This document shows, one piece after another, positions 12,793-24,539 of a DNA stretch of 64,000 bases. Source of the stretch: Octopus vulgaris (taxonomy: Eukaryota); the NCBI GenBank assembly GCA_951406725.2, contig OX597814.1:58900001-58964000 (forward strand), read 5' to 3'. Made by a program: the position numbers and the translations under genes. Under the pieces are notes generated by a model. That model was not told the DNA's origin and ran no database searches. It worked only from the letters and a program-made list of their open reading frames with translations. Numbering within the stretch: the first letter of the stretch is position 1; each line of letters opens with the position of its first letter.

Positions 12793-14250
12793 GACTGACT
12801 AACTATCTATCTAATTATCTATGAAGGAATGTGTATATTGATATATACATATGTGTACGTGTGTGTATTTGTGGTGTGTGAAGAAAGAGACGTAGATACA
12901 TGCCTATACAGAGATATATTCTAACACACAAACACAGTGTATATTGGAAAGAAAACAAATAAACGATTTCTCTGTTCTTCTTGACAGCAGTCCAAGGTCG
13001 CCCATTATAATCCCACTATTGTGTCTGGTGCTGCTGCCGATTGCTCTCTGTTGCTGGTGTTAGCAAAAATGATGTCACCTGCCCGCCGTAATGAGCCTGT
13101 CAACATATGATCCACGATTGCTTATTTGGCAAGTGGTCCTGTAATGGGCCCACCGGGGTATTTCGCAGATACCCACATGCTTGTTGTAGTCCCACCATTC
13201 GCCACCACCTAGACACACCTGTTAGGGCATCATCTCCTCAGACCCACTTTTTCATGGAACCCCTGCATAACTGTATTACTCTATGCATTTGAAAACCGGA
13301 AAGTGACAAAAATGTTGGAAAAAAGATGGACAATTTCCAGTTCACATTCCTAAATAGAATACTCGACATCAAGTAGCTTCAAAGTGTCTGAAAGGACAAT
13401 TAAGACTACAATGGGTATGAACAGGAGCAGTGACAAGATAAGATACAGGCGCTGGAAATAGATCAGACACGTCCTTAGACAAGGTCGAGAAAGCAATTGT
13501 GTGGTAGCACTAGAATGTTAGCCCGACGGCAACGTAGACCCACACAGCAGACGACTATTGACTAGGAAAAGAAAGAAGGGTGGAAACGCTGGAATGATAC
13601 CAGAACTATAGCAGAAAACAGAGCTTGTTGAGAGATCGTATTATGTGAGAAGTTAGTAACTGATTAACTAAGTAACTAACTAACTACCTAATTGGCTAAC
13701 TAACTGCTATTTTACAATTACATATCAGATATCATTAACAACTAAATAATATTAATAATGCAATTTAATAACATGTAAGGCAAAATTTCATGTTTATATC
13801 ATAACGATCCGAATAAACACAGAACATGAATATAAGATGTCTATTCTAATATATTTTACAAAAATTAAACATACTATCACAGTAAGAAGGCAATTTAACA
13901 AACAGATAACTTGACACTTGATGTGTAGTAAAATGTTTAAGTAAAATGTTTAAGTAACGATATAATGAAAAAACTATATTTCGATATATAGGACAGATAA
14001 CTATCTCTATTCTAATGAATGCAATATTTGCATTGGAAAATCACGGATGCCACAATTAGCTGAGTTTCTGTCGTTCGCAAAGGATTTCTTTTACATTTTG
14101 CTGGCCAATTCCGTCATCAGTGAATTTTTAAATTACTGTTTTACTATACCAGTTTCAACTGGTTTTATCTTAGGATGCAGATGCTAGTGGATACTTACTA
14201 TTGACGAAATCCAAAGAAGCAAAACCACGTATTTAGCAACATCACTAAGC
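10960..14250 (-). pseudogene. iGluR-like ATD of unit 5, preceded by a signal-peptide-like segment
   Basis: MLLNTWFLLLWISSIVSI (~14,242-14,189), IVICP..VFSLYRYLNI, YLFVKLPSY, QHIVIIL, YKYIFFS..TQIHSFEIRNHNEEAVKQ (cf. YHYIFTTLD..NITGFRIVN..VKQ; ORF 10903..11094). Confidence 0.55.
12960..13650. mobile_element. RTE-type LINE remnants: APE-endonuclease-like piece on minus (12,960-13,290) joined to a 3'-end piece on plus (13,290-13,650)
   Basis: Minus IIMGDL; plus RRWK*IRHVLRQ..ALEC*PDG, typical of the RTE C-terminus, followed by a (TAAC)n tail. Confidence 0.55.
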
Positions 14251-16013
14251 TGGATGATTTTTTTCTGTATCTGATGCATCCCTATGTTTTTAGAATTATA
14301 GGCCTATAAGGGATGACTTCTCAAGTCTAATTCAGCAGTTGATTTGGCGTTTAATGATGCGTAGGCTTCAATTATTTTAAACAGATTGCTGCTTTTAACG
14401 AGACCTTTTAACTTGTTTTTTTCTTTCCATTCTCCCTCCTACTTCGTATCTTATTATCCTTAGCATTCTATTCCCTTATTGATACGTCCATTCCTACACT
14501 TCTTTCTCTATGTGACTGTCCCCTCTCACTCACTTCCTGCATTTCTTTCCATCCACTATTACACTTTTCTTCACCGTCTTTCCCCAAAAGGCATCAGAGG
14601 TCTGGCCTGTTTAATAAATTACACGTCATTCTTGGCACTTACGTTTTCTTTGTCTTGGCGTTTTTTTTCTTTTGCTTTTGTTGTTTTTCTCTCCTCTTAT
14701 TTCGTCTAGGTTGTGCTGTTTTGTCTAGTTACTTACTCTTGAATTCCTTTACTCTGTTTTTCTGCATATATTTTTTAAAGTCCTAAAGGGTCACATTTCT
14801 TTCGTTTTAGTATTAATTTCGAACATGTCCCATCTCAATTCTATATTATAGCTGAAATGTTTTATATGTAGACAAAAATCTTGGTCAGCTATTATAATTT
14901 TACTTTTTCATTTCCGCCATTGCTTTTCCGTTTATAAGTTTTCCCGTTCTTCTCATAATGCATTCTATATAACATTCGGTGAAGGGCTACATATTTTTTG
15001 TTCTTTCAATGTTGTTACTTGTTTCTGCTTGTCTTTCATAAAAGTGTGACTTTTAGTCGATAATTCATGTGATATTGAGCGTGTCCACGTCCATTATGTG
15101 TTTTCCAGTTTTCTGTATGGCCTATATGTAGACATATGTAAACACACACACAAACAAACACACATATGAATATATATATATATGTTTCTACAAAATAACG
15201 GGCATGAAGAGACCCTTGGAGTCATTCGCTAAAATTTCTGAATATATAGTTTCCGTATGTAGGTGAAATAAGCATCAGACTTGCTTTGACCCACACAAAT
15301 TGCCGAAGCTACTCAGAAGTTTTATAAGTTCTTGTAAATACATTACAATACTAGAAACACTTCCGTATCGTCAGCAGCATTCTCTAAAGCGTGACGCCAC
15401 TTAGAATATATGCCTACGGAAGGGTTCTACATGTGATCCATTATCCTGATCCGTATTACTTGCGTGGCTTGATGGTGCAGTGCTTTGGTACGCCAGCGTG
15501 TCTATCCCCATAACCCACAGTCTTATAGGTGAAATAAACATCAGAGATACTTTGCCCCACACAGAAATGGAAGAAACTAAATACTCACGCAGACACTCTC
15601 CCACACACACACACACACACACATGTGTGTGTGTGTTCGTGTGTATTCATATATACTTATACATATATGTATATATGTTTTTATACACATGTGTATGTAT
15701 ATGTGTGTGTGTGAGCTTATTTATGGATGTGAACCTCTGCATTGTTTTATTATACCCATGACGCAGTGGATCATAAGGGCAGACGAAATTAATGTACATT
15801 TTTTAGAAATATTAGCAGTGACAAAAATATAAGTAAACTCCCTCGTATGACTTTCGTCTGTGAATAAATGATTGTGACGAACTAGTGTATGGATTATGCA
15901 CATCTCGCAAAAAAATAACGTTCATCTACTTTGTTGTCGTCAACTGTCGGTTTAGAGCTTTGTAGAAACGATTTTATAATTTACTCTTTATATCTCGCCT
16001 AGTGCTGACGTTT

Positions 16014-16352
16014 TATATTGAAGGCGCATGGCTCAGTGGTCAGAGCGTCGAGCTTACGATCGTGAGGTTGTGAGCTCGAATCCCGGACCGGGCTGCGTGT
16101 TGTGTTCTTGAGCAAGGCACTTTATTTCACGTTGCTCCAGTTCACTCAGCTGTAGAAATGAGTTGCAACGTCACTGGTGCCAAGCTGTATCGACCTTTGT
16201 CTTTCCATTGGATAACACTGGTGGCGTGGAGAGGGAGGCCGGTATGCATGGGCGACTGCTGGTCTTCCATAAACAACCTTGCCCGGACTTGTGTCTAGGA
16301 GGGTAACTTTCTAGGTGCAATCCCATGGTCATTCATGACCGAAGGGGGTCTT
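16014..16352 (+). mobile_element. Full-length tRNA-derived SINE family C with 14 bp target-site duplication
   Basis: A-box TGGCTCAGTGG, B-box-like GAGCTCGAATCC, core CTTGAGCAAGGCACTT; TAGTGCTGACGTTT at 16,000-16,013 and 16,353-16,366. A deleted copy lies on minus at ~18,800-19,070. Confidence 0.9.
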
Positions 16353-16929
16353 TAGTGCTGACGTTTCTAATATTTAAATGTATTTCAGTCCTTGTGATTC
16401 ATTCTGTATTAAATACAAAATGTATGCTTGTTAGTTAATGATTAATCGTCAATTCACAAGTACAACTTGATTTACCTACAGCTTAAAATATTCATTCTTC
16501 ACGTGATTGCTGAAAAATGTATTCAACTGGTTGATAAAAGAAACCTAGAGTTAATCTACATGAAGCGCTCAACAGTTGCATGAACTGACCTTGTGGGGAC
16601 TCATAATTTCTTTTCTGAGCACCCTAAGCATAGAAGGGATATGGTTATACACATCTATTTGTCGCACAGCTTGGGTTGATAATGTATCAATTTATTTCAG
16701 TCTAACATTATGTTTGCCCATAAATTTTTGTTAGTTAAAAAATGACGTGTCACCAACTCCAAAGATTTGCAATTTTAGATTTCCACCGTGTTCCTTTACT
16801 TGCACCTCTAGTAATGTTATTTACTGCATCTCCTGCTCTCTCTCTCTCTCTCTCCCTCTTTCTCTCTCTCTCCCTCTTTCTCTTTCTCTCCCTCTTTCTC
16901 TCTCTCTCCCTCTTTCTCTCTCTCTCTCC

Positions 16930-18020
16930 TTCCCTGTACATTGGTCAAACGGGACAACGCTTGACTGACTGGTTGGTAGAGCACCTCCGAGATATAAGAC
17001 TCGGCAATGACACCCCAGTCTCGCGCTATTTCAGCTCTACCAGTCATTCTCTACATCTGTCTATGTTCAGACAATCTCTGCAGAGGGGCCACCTGGACTC
17101 CCGTCTTCGCCGTGAACAGGATCTATCCTCTCTCTTTGTTCCTTTTCGCAACATGTGTTCAACTCACCTCTTCTCTTAATCTTGCACCTACCCCACACTG
17201 ATTTTCACTCACCTCCACATTGAACCATCACACTCTCCACTTACACATTTACATACCACCCTCTTCGGTACGCTCACCCATATGCAGCACTATACACACA
17301 CCCATACACTCTGTTCAACTTATCACTCATGTCACACACCATTACACACACACTTACAACGCCTTCCCACTTCACAGTACTAGGAGTAGCCAACATACCA
17401 CCATTAACACACCCTACATGCATTCTTCAATAGCGTCACCACACATACCATTATATAAGCAGCCATACACTTTAAATCAGTACACTCATACCACACACTA
17501 TCATGTACACTTACGCTCAAGCACATAATAGCTGAACACAGACAATATATACACCCACACCTACACATAAAACCTGAACACAGTCAATATACACACACAC
17601 TCGCAACAGGCATGAGCACACATAGACAAAGATAATTTCGCCCAGACATATACACTATATATATGGTTACTGTTTGGCTAAAGAAACACGCGCATTTACT
17701 GCTACACATCTACTACTTCACATCTACTGCTACAAACAACACAGACATCAAACTCACTCGCCCCAATTCACACATACATACATAAGCTTGCGCACCTCAG
17801 TTCGTTGGGATCACCGTTATTATCGCCCTTCTAGTCTACCTCTTTTTACCAACCATTCTCCACGTTGGGCCGCTGAAACCTACACGTTTTTCTCCTCTCT
17901 CTATTTCCTCCTAATCTTTTCTGTCGAATAGCGTAGGTCCTAAACGTGAAGGACTTTTCCATTTTCCCGGGCGTAAAATTTGTGTAATTCCTATACTTGT
18001 ATTCGTCTTTTGTTTTTCTA
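16930..18020 (+). mobile_element. Penelope-like element 3' remnant (GIY-YIG endonuclease)
   Basis: LYIGQTGQRLTDWLVEHLRDIRLGNDTPVSRYFSSTSHS in ORF 16742..17179. Confidence 0.8.
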
Positions 18021-18038
18021 TAAATTTGATCTATATAC

Positions 18039-18069
<31 letters not shown>

Positions 18070-18121
18070 CGTGTGTGTGCACGTGTGTGTGTATGTGTGT
18101 GTATACGTAATTATATATATA

Positions 18122-18159
<38 letters not shown>

Positions 18160-18163
<4 letters not shown>

Positions 18164-18569
18164 CTTGACCGACCAGTCCATCAGGCGTCCATTTGACACC
18201 GCTGGTCACAGCACTCTGTCCACTCCTCTCTGAGTCGCGCCTTTCTCATCCACGTGATCCCAATCGTCATCCTGAAATCGTAACTCCACCGTCATGGAAG
18301 CCTTCCAGGTGTCGTTTCCGCTCGCGCGGGTACCACTCGGCAACTGCGCGGGTCCATCGATTATCGGTGAGCCGGGCGACGTGCCCAGCCCATCTATACT
18401 TGCTGAGTGTACACTCTGCGATAACATCCCTCACGCCGGACTTCTTTCTGATGATCTCGCAACTGATGGGCTTTCTCAATGAGATACCAAGCATTGACCT
18501 TTCCATGGCTCTTTCAGCCGTTACCAGTTTCTGCTCTTCTCTCTTTGTGGTAGCCCATGTTTCACTACC

Positions 18570-18570
<1 letters not shown>
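18160..18570 (-). mobile_element. RTE-clade LINE 3' fragment
   Basis: MERSMLGISLR..IRKKSGVRDVI..KYRWAGHVAR..RWT...EWYPRERKR, the conserved RTE C-terminal motif. Confidence 0.85.
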
Positions 18571-18638
<68 letters not shown>

Positions 18639-18752
18639 GATAATATCGATATTTAGTGTATATCAAGTGGCCAGCATGAAAGAAATACCTTACAAAGGTA
18701 AAAATTTAACAATTAAAATAGGGTGTCTAAAGACATATATATATACCCTCAT

Positions 18753-18790
<38 letters not shown>

Positions 18791-19196
18791 TATATGAGGA
18801 GATTCCTTTCGGCCAGGAATGACCATGGGATTGTACCCTCCGAGGCACAAGTTCAGGCCAGCAGTCGCCCATGCCTACTGGCCACTCCTCTCCACGTGTC
18901 AGATGTTATCGAAGGGAAAGGCGAAGTCCTATACAGCTTGGAACCAGTAATGTCGCAACTCATTTCTACAGCTGAGTTAACGGGAGCACATTACGCAGAC
19001 CTGTCCTGGAATCCAACTCAGAACCTCACGATCGTAAGTTCGACGCTCTAACCACTGAGCCATGCGTCTTTGCTACATATATATATATATATATATGTGT
19101 GTGTTTGTGTGTGTGTGTGTATGTGTATGTGTATATACATTTTATATATACTATATTTATATATATAGACGTATTTACATATGTATACAGACACAG

Positions 19197-19235
<39 letters not shown>

Positions 19236-19242
19236 CATGTAT

Positions 19243-19600
19243 AGGCGCAAGAGTGCCTGAGTTGTAAGTAGCTTGCTTACCAACCACATACTTCCGAGTT
19301 CAGTCCTACTGCGTCCCACCTTGGGCAATAGTCTTCTGCTATAAGCTCGGGCTGAGAAAAGCCTTGTGAGTGTGACGGAAACTGAAAGAAGACCGTCTTA
19401 TATATATATATGTTTGTGTGTTTGTGTTTGTCCCTCACTACCACCACCATCGCTTGACAACCGATGTTGGTATGGTTATGTCCCCGTAACATAGCGGTTC
19501 GGCTAATAATCACCGATAGGTTGAGTACTAGGCTTACAAAGAATAAGTCCTGGGGTCGATTTGTTCGACTAAAGCGGTGCTCCTGGACTGAAACAAATAA
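19243..19600 (+). mobile_element. SINE family B (GGCGCAGGAGTGGCTGTG..GGTTCAGTCCCACTGCGTGGCACCTTGGGCAAG) with internal microsatellite
   Basis: Same family at 32,084-32,495(+), 41,890-42,305(-), 24,800-25,045(-), 54,915-55,000(-). Confidence 0.85.
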
Positions 19601-20275
19601 AATAATACGTATATATTATTTAATTATGTGCAAATATATGCTTTAAACTATTTTATGAATTTGTTAACTTTATTTCCGTGGGTGTTAAGTAGTGAATAGT
19701 CTACCTAGATAATTTTGACGCTTTAAGATCATGCATTTGAAACTATTGAATATGGGTATTCGTAGAAATATATATGAATATTAACATGCATAATATCACT
19801 ATTTCTACGTAATTGACTGTACAATGACATGCCCGATGGCGTATACTCACATGTGTAATTGTGCATCTTTATATGAAATATATATCCTCATGTGGAACCA
19901 ATCGCAATACGTTTTACTTTCATCGTCCTGTGATTTATTTATTCGACTAAAAAGTCTTATGCGTTTAATTTAGATTTCAGAGAAATATATCTTTTATGTA
20001 ACAAATCCTAGCGCTTTCTTTAAAATTATATACAATCAAATAGTTTCTAACCTACATTTTTCTTTTATTCATTTCGTTCAAAACTTATGATAATTTATGT
20101 TACACAAAACTTACCTAAGGAAATAAAATGAAAGAAACAAATAATATACCATATCTCAAGTAGCAGTGTGCAAATAAGAAACACTTCAAGAATCGATTTC
20201 ACTGTTAAGGCCTTTAAGGGAGGAAAAACTGAATAGAAATAGCTCTTACTCTCTCTCTCTTTCTCTCTCTCTCTC

Positions 20276-20318
<43 letters not shown>

Positions 20319-20361
20319 CTAGATAGATAGATATAGCGAGATAGCTAGATAGATAGATAGC

Positions 20362-20438
<77 letters not shown>

Positions 20439-20449
20439 TGATAGATTGA

Positions 20450-20944
20450 TCGATTGTTCCATCAAATGTCGAGTATCAAATCAAGTAATTATTTCAAAGA
20501 TCTTTAGACCTAGAGTAGAAGACATGAAGGAATTGATTGTAAAGAGTCAGTTGAATGAGTGCAGATTTGTATGTTATAACAATACATTTGATTTCACTTA
20601 TAAGCGAGTACGATATAAAAATAAAAGAATTCGCATTTAATTGCAATATAGCATAACTACATCAATATGCCGATTATCTGATACAAAAGTACTTCACTAT
20701 ATTTTGATTGTATATGATATATTCTTAAAATGTTATGTAATGCACTAGGATCGCGAAACTCCTTCTAGACAATTGCATATAGATATATGGAAAATAAAAC
20801 TGGTAGATTTTTTTAATTTTATACATACATACACACACACACACAGACATATAAAATGTATGCCACGTGTTTTGTATATGACTGATCATCTCTGTCTCTC
20901 TTTTTCTCTTTCTCCCTCTTACTATATCTATGAATCTGTGTGTA

Positions 20945-21023
<79 letters not shown>

Positions 21024-21715
21024 TTTCCTCTGTGCGTACATGAGCAGTTTTTATGGTTTTATTATATATGTGTCCGTGTTCATATGTACCTTTGTCGTAT
21101 GTAATTGCATGCGTAATGGAGTTTTTAACGTGTCAGTTACGGTTGCTGAAATTTGTCAGTAATTAGGAGATATAAATATTTGGCTAGCTTTTAGTAACGA
21201 TATTACATTAATATTTCAATGTTCTTTTAAGGTCTGGTGACTTTACTGATTTCTTATTGGTTTTCGATATATATCTCTGCGCCGAACAGCAAAGAGAATT
21301 GGTGTATATCATTTTCCTTAATTTGATTTTAATAAGCTCTAAATTCTACATCGTCATTATTCAAATTGAGGAAAAGGCTATTTAAATTCCTTTCAAACAA
21401 CTGAAATCCTTACGCATCATATCCAATTTGTTATTCCATCCGTAGCAAAAATTACATCACTAGCTGCAAGGTATTTTTAAAGAAATTTTCTTTGTATTGA
21501 AAATTTTATTTAATCTAGTGTAGATAATTAATACAGGAACAATAATTTAATATACTATATAATATTTATAAATATTCATATGCTGTAATAGCCCACAAAG
21601 TGAATAGTTAGGAATTTGATGAGCAATTACAATAATTAATCCCTGATACTTGTACACTTACTTAAGTCTTGTTATTTGCGTTGAAACGAAATGCTTGAAT
21701 AAGATTCATTCTGAC
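20450..21715 (-). pseudogene. iGluR-like module 7
   Basis: SISFQRK*QDLS/YKYQGLIIVI (cf. GluN1 [25 protein letters not shown]). The same frame continues through M1 (YYIVY*IIVPVLII) and M3 (LKGI*IAFSSI*IMTM*NL). S2: LCYIAIKCEF and LLDLILDI*WN. Confidence 0.7.
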
Positions 21716-22241
21716 TGTGAATTAGTGTCGCTAGGTGAGGCTGGCTGCCACTTAAACAGCGTTACTGCTTGATTGGTGAACTGAGGGAACCACCTCGCCC
21801 ATTGCGCGCTTTCCTCCCCGCTAGTTCGAAAGCTTGCGCCACAAGACGTCTAGTTGGATCTGGCTGCTGGATTTGAGACTAAGACGGATCTGTTGGAAGG
21901 TAGGTCAAGAGAGGGCGTGGGCCACACTACGCGTCCTTCCCCTCCATTGGTCATTTGAAGCCTAGATTATGTCACGTGGCAGTTAGCTGGCTCTGGCTGC
22001 AGGAGCCTACCGGTGAGTATTTAAGGGGAAATTTGTCAGGGTGGTCATTCGCCCGCTGACGTTAATCGACGCTACATTGAGGAAACCAAGGAATAAAAAG
22101 TCAAAGAAAAAAAGAAAAGACATTTCCGAAAAGAGTACTAACACTGAATATTATCTGTCTGATACCGTTAGGTGGAGAGATATGTTCAATTATTCCAGTA
22201 TCTTCGAATTTAATATTTCAGTATTTAATTATGAATGGGGT

Positions 22242-22324
22242 CCTATGCTGATGAGGAAAACGGTTGGTAAAGTATAATTCTATATTCTTTATTCCAATCT
22301 AATTCCGAAACGCGCGTCTATAGG
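22242..22324 (+). ncRNA. Type I hammerhead ribozyme with long helix II
   Basis: Helix I CCTATG/TATAGG, core CTGATGA, helix II GGAA..TTCC with an inner stem, GAAA, palindromic CGCGCG, GTC cleavage triplet. Confidence 0.8.
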
Positions 22325-22500
22325 TGACCAGATATTGATTGATTTTCGTTACTTTTCCTCTCTGCCTGTGTGGATTGTTTTCAAGTATTTTTGGTTTTTC
22401 TGGGAGTCCCTTTTTAAAGTAGAAGAAATAGCTAACGTTTTTTGGCTGCTATTTCTAAACTTCGGTATGTGGTAAAGCAAATCTTTGCTGAACCCTAATT

Positions 22501-22538
<38 letters not shown>

Positions 22539-22738
22539 TGTATGTATGTATGTATGTATGTATGTATGTATGTATGTATGTATGTATGTATGTATGTATG
22601 TATGTATGTATGTATGTATGTATGTATGCATGTTTGTATGTATATATATATATATATATATAAGTAAATAACCTTAGATAGGAATGTAGCATAGGTGTTT
22701 GTTAGTATGAGTGTATTGATGATTGCGTTCATCTGTGA

Positions 22739-24253
22739 CATTCTTATAAAAATAAGAAAAAAGCTGTCCGCTTATTAGCTCCATGAGGCCATCGCCTTAA
22801 GTTAGCTATTTGATACACAAACTGTATCCATATAACCTTCGAACAAGGTTATTTTAATATTTCTATTATTGAAAACAAGTGGATGTATTCCACCGAAACT
22901 ATGTAAATAAAACCATCGAACAGAGATTGTCGGAAGCGACACCTACTGGCTGGCTACGCTGCATTGAAAAGGGGCAATACCCTGAAACGCGTCTGTAGCT
23001 GCCGGTCAAGTAGTGTGGAGCGACTGACCTCCCTTGTTCGAAGGTTATATGGATACAGTTTGTGTATCAAATAGCTAACTTAAGGCGATGGCCTCATGGA
23101 GCTAATAAGCGGACAGCTTTTTCTTATTTTTATAAGAATGCCATATTAGTATGGCGGTAACTATTATTTTCCGGGAACTCTGCCGCTGTTCTCTTTTAGA
23201 GAGACTTAGTTATTTTAATATTTCTATTATTGAAAACAAGTGGATGTATTCCACCGAAACTATGTAAATAAAACCATCGAACAGAGATTGTCGGAAGCGA
23301 CACCTACTGGCTGGCTACGCTGCATTGAAAAGGGGCAATACCCTGAAACGCGTCTGTAGCTGCCGGTCAAGTAGTGTGGAGCGACTGACCTCCCTTGTTC
23401 GAAGGTTATATGGATACAGTTTGTGTATCAAATAGCTAACTTAAGGCGATGGCCTCATGGAGCTAATAAGCGGACAGCTTTTTTCTTATTTTTATAAGAA
23501 TGCCATATTAGTATGGCGATAACTATTATTTTCCGGGAACGCTGCCGCTGTTCTCTTTTAGAGAGACTTAGTTATTTTAATATTTCTATTATTGAAAACA
23601 AGTGGATGTATTCCACCGAAACTATGTAAATAAAACCATCGAACAGAGATTGTCGGAAGCGACACCTACTGGCTGGCTACGCTGCATTGAAAAGGGGCAA
23701 TACCCTGAAACGCGTCTGTAGCTGCCGGTCAAGTAGTGTGGAGCGACTGACCTCCCTTGTTCGAAGGTTATATGGATACAGTTTGTGTATCAAATAGCTA
23801 ACTTAAGGCGATGGCCTCATGGAGCTAATAAGCGGACAGCTTTTTTCTTATTTTTATAAGAATGCCATATTAGTATGGCGATAACTATTATTTTCCGGGA
23901 ACGCTGCCGCTGTTCTCTTTTAGAGAGACTTAGTTATTTTAATATTTCTATTATTCAAAACAAGTGGATGTATTCCACCGAAACTATGTAAATAAAAACA
24001 TCGAACAGAGATTGTCGGAAGCGACACCTACTGGCTGGCTACGCTGCATTGAAAAGGGGCAATACCCTGAAACGCGTCTGTAGCTGCCGGTCAAGTAGTG
24101 TGGAGCGACTGACCTCCCTTGTTCGAAGGTTATATGGATACAGTTTGTTTATCAAATAGCTAACTTAAGGCGATGGCCTCATGGAGCTAATAAGCGGACA
24201 GCTTTTTTCTTATTTTTATAAGAATGCCATATTAGTATGGCGATAACTATTAT
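22739..24253 (+). mobile_element. Tandem array of ~3.9 x 361-362 bp hammerhead-containing units (Penelope pseudo-LTR / retrozyme-like) with a 5' inverted partial copy, flanked by 78 bp direct repeats
   Basis: Near-identical units 22,848-24,253; 22,739-22,848 is the reverse complement of part of the unit; direct repeats at 22,661-22,738 and 24,267-24,344. Confidence 0.85.
22958..22999 (+). ncRNA. Minimal type I hammerhead ribozyme, U3-A8 core variant (also 23,319-23,360, 23,681-23,722, 24,043-24,084)
   Basis: GCTGCA-TTGAAAA-GGGG(CAATA)CCCT-GAAA-CGCG-TC-TGTAGC: helix I GCTGCA/TGTAGC, helix II, palindromic helix III ACGCGT, GUC site. Confidence 0.75.
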
Positions 24254-24539
24254 ATATATATATATATAAGTAAACAACCTTAGATAGGAATGTAGCATAG
24301 GTGTTTGTTAGTATGAGTGTATTGATGATTGCGTTCATCTGTGATACGTTTTAATGTGTACGGGAATCTGTGTGTGTTTGACAGATTTAACTATGTTGGT
24401 CCGCTCTCGCACGCGATTGGCGCCATTCGATTAACTGGACGAAAAAAGTGTGAATCCTTTCGTAATTACCAGATTTTGTTGCAGGTCTGTCAACTCCCAA
24501 GGTTTTTGATTGAAAATTTAGCGCCATAATATATTAATG

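Larger units (their letters stand above)
15720..20220 (-). pseudogene. iGluR-like module 8 (scattered among LINE, SINE and Penelope insertions)
   Basis: ALTVKSILEVF (cf. LIVTTILEEPY), IAIG..NYTCEYTPSGMSL..YPYS, VPTRSVHATV..LLSTS*IHFSAIT (16,610-16,505), KKCTLISSALMIHCVMGIIKQCRGSHP (S2, ORF 15721..15903). Confidence 0.55.

Noticed and set aside
16021-16095. tRNA gene
   Set aside because: It is the tRNA-like head of a SINE, with body, tail and 14 bp target duplication.
22080-22245. Possible S1a of module 7 (TPFIIK..KFED, LTVSDR*YS)
   Set aside because: It overlaps the start of the plus-strand hammerhead/Penelope-like remnant, so the match may be coincidental. Left out of module 7.
22848-24253. 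Regular repeats as a CRISPR-like array
   Set aside because: Whole 362 bp units are repeated with no unique spacers, and the context is eukaryotic.
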